Shown here one piece after another: positions 9,482 through 13,428 of a stretch of DNA of 13,428 nt. A program made the position numbers and the translations under genes. How positions within the stretch are numbered: position 1 is the stretch's first letter; each line of letters begins with the position of its first letter. The stretch lies in the IMG/VR virus record IMGVR_UViG_2579778791_000027; one strand, written 5' to 3'. The notes under the pieces were generated by a model. The model had not been told where the DNA came from. It was given only the letters and a program-made list of their open reading frames with translations, and ran no database searches. This stretch comes from a virus (Duplodnaviria; Heunggongvirae; Uroviricota; Caudoviricetes).

Positions 9482-9691
9482 GCGAAATTAACTAGAAGCC
9501 AAAGATAAAATCATCGCTGAGCAGGAGAAAATCGCTAACGGAGAAAAGACAGTAAGTCAGTATATGAAAACCGCATGATATCATCAGATAAAAATCGATC
9601 GTAAAGCGAAATATTAATACCAGAATAAACGAGTCGAGGTAAATTATATTACCTCGATAAATTAACTAAAACTTGCCCGCTATATACTATC

Positions 9692-10294
9692 TCATTCAGT
9701 ATCATCACGCGCGGTCTGTGCATATGTTACTACCGCACCTAATGTATTAATTTTCTTTTCAACATAGATAATATTATCGTACTCATAATTGCCATACGGA
9801 TAGCAAATGCGAATATTCTCATGTAGATCGGGGTCATCCACCTCAGCTCCAGAACAACTTTTTGAACTACCGGAAGTATACCGATACGGTGCAACATAAG
9901 ACGATGTCTCTCCAGGCAAAAAATAAGTTAGTGTTGTAAGGGGTATAATCAGAAAAAATCCAGCAAATATGCACATCCCTGCATAAACCTTAAGGTATGC
10001 TGACAGACTCTTCCAGCCGCTTTGTTTTACTATCCCCTTCTTAACCCAAAACAGAGATAACAGAAAAGCTATTCCCATGCTAAACAGAATGTAATAGTGG
10101 GATATACTCTGATTAAGAAACGTGACCCTGTAAATATCTGCCCGCCACCAGAAGAAAAGGAAAATAAAGATCAGGCCTGAAACTGTCATGCAAATCAAAT
10201 AAGGATACGAATCTTTTTTCATGTTTAGCGTCCATAAAATTTTTCCTGCCCCGGACAAATTTACCATCCATTTTTTGCGCAGAAAATAGCTCAT
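9692..10294 (-). CDS. Hypothetical integral membrane protein (multiple predicted TM helices plus a ~70-aa C-terminal soluble region), AT-rich, opposite in orientation to the early-left operon
   Basis: 200-aa ORF. Hydrophobic stretches YLICMTVSGLIFIFLFFWW, YYILFSMGIAFLLSLFWV and AGMCIFAGFFLIIPLTTLTYFL. Three in-frame ATGs (10294, 10267, 10222), none with a strong SD, so the start is uncertain. Not recognised as a lambda protein. Confidence 0.6.
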   Translation of the reverse strand: MSYFLRKKWMVNLSGAGKILWTLNMKKDSYPYLICMTVSGLIFIFLFFWWRADIYRVTFLNQSISHYYILFSMGIAFLLSLFWVKKGIVKQSGWKSLSAYLKVYAGMCIFAGFFLIIPLTTLTYFLPGETSSYVAPYRYTSGSSKSCSGAEVDDPDLHENIRICYPYGNYEYDNIIYVEKKINTLGAVVTYAQTARDDTE

Positions 10295-10536
10295 TACTTA
10301 CTGCACAATAATACACAAAATTGCGTAAATTTTTTGCATGGATTTTAGCTCTTTCAGCCGACGTTTAAGGGGTAAATAGCATTTCCTAAAAGCAACTGCA
10401 CCAACCCAACAGAATGAGCTACCGCTTACGTTGAGAGCAAAAAAGTGTATAGCAGCAATGAACAGCATCCTCGCACTGACGAGGATTTCTTTTATCTGAA
10501 CTCGCTACGGCGGGTTTTGTTTTATGGAGATGATAA

Positions 10537-10704
10537 ATGCACTTCCGAGTCACAGGTGAATGGAATGGAGAACCATTCAACAGAGTTATCGAAGCAGAGA
10601 ACATCAATGACTGCTATGACCACTGGATGATATGGGCGCAGATAGCACATGCAGACATAACCAATATTCGAATTGAAGAACTGAAAGAACACCAAGCCGC
10701 CTGA
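10537..10704 (+). CDS. Small hypothetical protein (55 aa) immediately upstream of xis, possibly the lambda orf55 equivalent
   Basis: ATG at 10537 with a GGAGA RBS 6 nt upstream; product MHFRVTGEWNGEPFNRVIEAENINDCYDHWMIWAQIAHADITNIRIEELKEHQAA; stop lies in a terminator-like hairpin. Below the track threshold. Confidence 0.5.
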   Translation: MHFRVTGEWNGEPFNRVIEAENINDCYDHWMIWAQIAHADITNIRIEELKEHQAA

Positions 10705-10720
10705 TGGCGGCTTTTTCTTG
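10694..10720 (+). terminator. Intrinsic terminator-like hairpin upstream of xis
   Basis: aagccgcc-tgat-ggcggctt followed by TTTTCTT. Confidence 0.5.
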
Positions 10721-10743
10721 CGTGTAATTGCGGAGACTTTGCG

Positions 10744-10962
10744 ATGTACTTGACACTTCAGGAGTGGAACGCACGCCAGCGACGCCCAAGAAGCCTTGAA
10801 ACAGTTCGTCGATGGGTGCGCGAATGCAGGATATTCCCTCCTCCGGTTAAGGATGGAAGAGAGTATCTGTTCCACGAATCAGCGGTAAAGGTTGACTTAA
10901 ATCGACCAGTAACAGGTAGCCTTTTGAAGAGGATCAGAAATGGGAAGAAGGCGAAGTCATGA
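10744..10962 (+). CDS. xis: Excisionase Xis
   Basis: 72-aa ORF MYLTLQEWNARQRRPRSLETVRRWVRECRIFPPPVKDGREYLFHESAVKVDLNRPVTGSLLKRIRNGKKAKS recognised as lambda Xis; overlaps the int start. Confidence 0.95.
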   Translation: MYLTLQEWNARQRRPRSLETVRRWVRECRIFPPPVKDGREYLFHESAVKVDLNRPVTGSLLKRIRNGKKAKS

Positions 10963-12010
10963 GCGCCGGGATTTACCCCCTAACCTTTATATAAGAAACA
11001 ATGGATATTACTGCTACAGGGACCCAAGGACGGGTAAAGAGTTTGGTTTAGGCCGAGACAGGAGGATAGCAATCACTGAAGCAATACAGGCCAATATTGA
11101 GTTATTTTCAGGACACAAACACAAGCCTCTGACAGCGAGAATCAACAGTGATAATTCTGTTACGTTACATTCATGGCTTGATCGCTACGAAAAAATCCTC
11201 GCCAGCAGAGGAATCAAGCAGAAGACACTCATAAATTACATGAGCAAAATTAAAGCAATAAGGAGGGGGCTGCCTGATGCTCCACTTGAAGACATCACCA
11301 CAAAAGAAATTGCGGCAATGCTCAATGGATACATAGACGAGGGCAAGGCGGCGTCAGCCAAGTTAATCAGATCAACACTGAGCGATGCATTCCGAGAGGC
11401 AATAGCTGAAGGCCATATAACAACAAACCCGGTCGCTGCCACTCGCGCAGCAAAATCAGAGGTAAGGAGATCAAGACTTACGGCTGACGAATACCTGAAA
11501 ATTTATCAAGCAGCAGAATCATCACCATGTTGGCTCAGACTTGCAATGGAACTGGCTGTTGTTACCGGGCAGCGAGTTGGTGATTTATGCGAAATGAAGT
11601 GGTCTGATATCGTAGATGGATATCTTTATGTCGAACAAAGCAAAACAGGCGTAAAAATTGCCATCCCTACAACATTGCATGTTGATGCTCTCGGGATATC
11701 AATGAAGGAAACACTTGATAAATGCAAAGAGATTCTTGGCGGAGAAACCATAATTGCATCTACTCGTCGTGAACCGCTTTCATCCGGCACAGTATCAAGG
11801 TATTTTATGCGCGCACGAAAAGCATCAGGTCTTTCCTTCGAAGGGGATCCGCCTACCTTTCACGAGTTGCGCAGTTTGTCTGCAAGACTCTATGAGAAGC
11901 AGATAAGCGATAAGTTTGCTCAACATCTTCTCGGACATAAGTCGGACACCATGGCATCACAGTATCGTGATGACAGAGGCAGGGAGTGGGACAAAATTGA
12001 AATCAAATAA
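10940..12010 (+). CDS. int: Integrase Int (tyrosine recombinase)
   Basis: 356-aa ORF MGRRRSHERRDLPPNLYIRNNGYYCYRDPRTGKEFGLGRDRRIAITEAIQANIELFSGHKHKPLTARINSDNSVTLHSWLDRYEKILASRGIKQKTL... recognised as lambda Int. Confidence 0.97.
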   Translation: MGRRRSHERRDLPPNLYIRNNGYYCYRDPRTGKEFGLGRDRRIAITEAIQANIELFSGHKHKPLTARINSDNSVTLHSWLDRYEKILASRGIKQKTLINYMSKIKAIRRGLPDAPLEDITTKEIAAMLNGYIDEGKAASAKLIRSTLSDAFREAIAEGHITTNPVAATRAAKSEVRRSRLTADEYLKIYQAAESSPCWLRLAMELAVVTGQRVGDLCEMKWSDIVDGYLYVEQSKTGVKIAIPTTLHVDALGISMKETLDKCKEILGGETIIASTRREPLSSGTVSRYFMRARKASGLSFEGDPPTFHELRSLSARLYEKQISDKFAQHLLGHKSDTMASQYRDDRGREWDKIEIK

Positions 12011-12098
12011 TGATTTTATTTTGACTGATAGTGACCTGTTCGTTGCAACAAATTGATAAGCAATGTTTTTTTATAATGCCAACTTAGTATAAAAAAGC
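12011..12098. other. attL: attL prophage-host junction: P' arm with Int arm-type and IHF sites plus the 15-bp common core
   Basis: Core ttagtataaaaaagc (12084-12098) is the reverse complement of the lambda att core GCTTTTTTATACTAA. Arm-type motif gatagtgac at 12027-12035 and an IHF-like site near 12053-12065. Sequence after the core (aggcttcaacgg...) is host DNA leading into ybhC. Confidence 0.85.
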
Positions 12099-12144
12099 AG
12101 GCTTCAACGGATTCATTTTTCTATTTCATAGCCCGGAGCAACCT

Positions 12145-13428
12145 GTGAACACATTTTCAGTTTCCCGTCTGGCGCTGGCATTGGCTTTTGGCGTGACGCT
12201 GACCGCCTGTAGCTCAACACCACCCGATCAACGTCCTTCTGATCAAACCGCGCCTGGTACCTCTTCTCGCCCGATTCTGTCGGCAAAAGAAGCGCAGAAT
12301 TTCGATGCTCAACACTATTTTGCATCCCTGACACCAGGTGCTGCAGCGTGGAATCCTTCCCCGATTACCCTGCCTGCGCAACCTGACTTTGTTGTCGGCC
12401 CGGCGGGTACTCAAGGTGTAACGCATACCACGATTCAGGCGGCGGTAGATGCGGCAATTATCAAGCGCACTAACAAGCGCCAGTATATTGCCGTGATGCC
12501 TGGTGAGTATCAGGGAACGGTGTATGTCCCTGCTGCTCCGGGTGGAATTACTCTGTACGGTACAGGTGAAAAACCGATTGATGTGAAGATTGGGCTTTCC
12601 CTTGATGGGGGCATGAGCCCTGCCGACTGGCGTCACGACGTCAACCCGCGCGGCAAATATATGCCAGGTAAACCAGCGTGGTATATGTACGATAGCTGCC
12701 AGAGCAAACGCAGCGACAGTATCGGTGTTCTCTGCTCTGCGGTCTTCTGGTCACAAAACAATGGCCTGCAACTGCAAAATCTGACCATCGAAAACACGCT
12801 GGGCGATAGCGTAGATGCAGGTAACCATCCGGCGGTGGCACTGCGTACTGATGGTGACCAGGTACAGATTAACAACGTTAACATTCTCGGTCGTCAGAAC
12901 ACCTTCTTTGTCACCAACAGCGGTGTGCAGAACCGTCTGGAAACCAACCGTCAGCCGCGTACGCTGGTGACCAACAGCTACATTGAAGGGGATGTGGATA
13001 TCGTTTCTGGTCGCGGCGCAGTGGTGTTCGATAACACCGAATTCCGCGTGGTGAACTCACGTACTCAGCAAGAAGCGTATGTGTTTGCACCGGCTACGCT
13101 GTCCAACATTTACTACGGTTTCCTCGCCGTAAACAGCCGTTTCAATGCTTTCGGTGATGGTGTGGCGCAACTGGGCCGCTCGCTGGATGTTGATGCCAAT
13201 ACCAACGGTCAGGTGGTGATCCGTGATAGCGCCATCAACGAAGGTTTTAACACGGCTAAACCGTGGGCCGATGCGGTGATCTCTAATCGTCCGTTTGCGG
13301 GTAATACCGGCAGCGTAGATGATAACGACGAAATACAGCGCAATCTGAATGACACTAACTACAACCGCATGTGGGAATACAATAACCGCGGCGTGGGTAG
13401 TAAAGTGGTTGCAGAGGCGAAGAAGTAA
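12145..13428 (+). CDS. ybhC: Host outer-membrane lipoprotein YbhC (pectinesterase-fold protein, putative acyl-CoA thioesterase), complete
   Basis: 427-aa ORF with a lipoprotein signal peptide and lipobox (LALAFGVTLTAC); GTG start with a GGAG RBS; different codon style from the phage. Sequence and position next to att-lambda match E. coli ybhC. Confidence 0.88.
   Translation: MNTFSVSRLALALAFGVTLTACSSTPPDQRPSDQTAPGTSSRPILSAKEAQNFDAQHYFASLTPGAAAWNPSPITLPAQPDFVVGPAGTQGVTHTTIQAAVDAAIIKRTNKRQYIAVMPGEYQGTVYVPAAPGGITLYGTGEKPIDVKIGLSLDGGMSPADWRHDVNPRGKYMPGKPAWYMYDSCQSKRSDSIGVLCSAVFWSQNNGLQLQNLTIENTLGDSVDAGNHPAVALRTDGDQVQINNVNILGRQNTFFVTNSGVQNRLETNRQPRTLVTNSYIEGDVDIVSGRGAVVFDNTEFRVVNSRTQQEAYVFAPATLSNIYYGFLAVNSRFNAFGDGVAQLGRSLDVDANTNGQVVIRDSAINEGFNTAKPWADAVISNRPFAGNTGSVDDNDEIQRNLNDTNYNRMWEYNNRGVGSKVVAEAKK

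Noticed and set aside
10419-10875. ORFs 10419..10607(-), 10445..10630(+), 10522..10875(-), 10604..10789(-) around the 55-aa ORF and xis
   Set aside because: Overlap xis or the better-supported 55-aa ORF in other frames or strands; none has a convincing RBS.
11236-11442. 68-aa minus-strand ORF inside int
   Set aside because: Antisense to integrase; shadow ORF.
12113-12884. Minus-strand ORFs (12113..12334, 12214..12636, 12633..12884, 12641..12841) inside ybhC
   Set aside because: Antisense to the complete host ybhC gene; GC-rich host DNA gives long antisense open frames.

Overview
This window is the early-left, immunity and replication region of a lambda-like prophage, read in reverse of the standard lambda map, ending at the attL junction with the host gene ybhC (the classical att-lambda site). 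Left to right: a 3' fragment of an IS21-family element interrupting ninB; ren, P, O (with the ori iterons), cII and the oop/pRE region; a phage-434-type immunity module (cro, three OR operators, cI, three OL operators); N; then cIII, kil, gam, bet, exo, small early-left ORFs, xis, int and attL. Gene identities rest on my recall of lambda and 434 protein sequences, not on a database search. Three ORFs are not lambda-like and sit in classical accessory slots: a secretory ORF fused to the end of cI (rexAB slot), a ~290-aa AT-rich ORF between N and ea10 (ral/sieB slot), and a divergently oriented AT-rich membrane protein near xis (ea22/ea8.5 slot). The ~290-aa ORF is the strongest candidate for an undescribed prophage-encoded system, probably exclusion or defence; this is inference from position and composition only.
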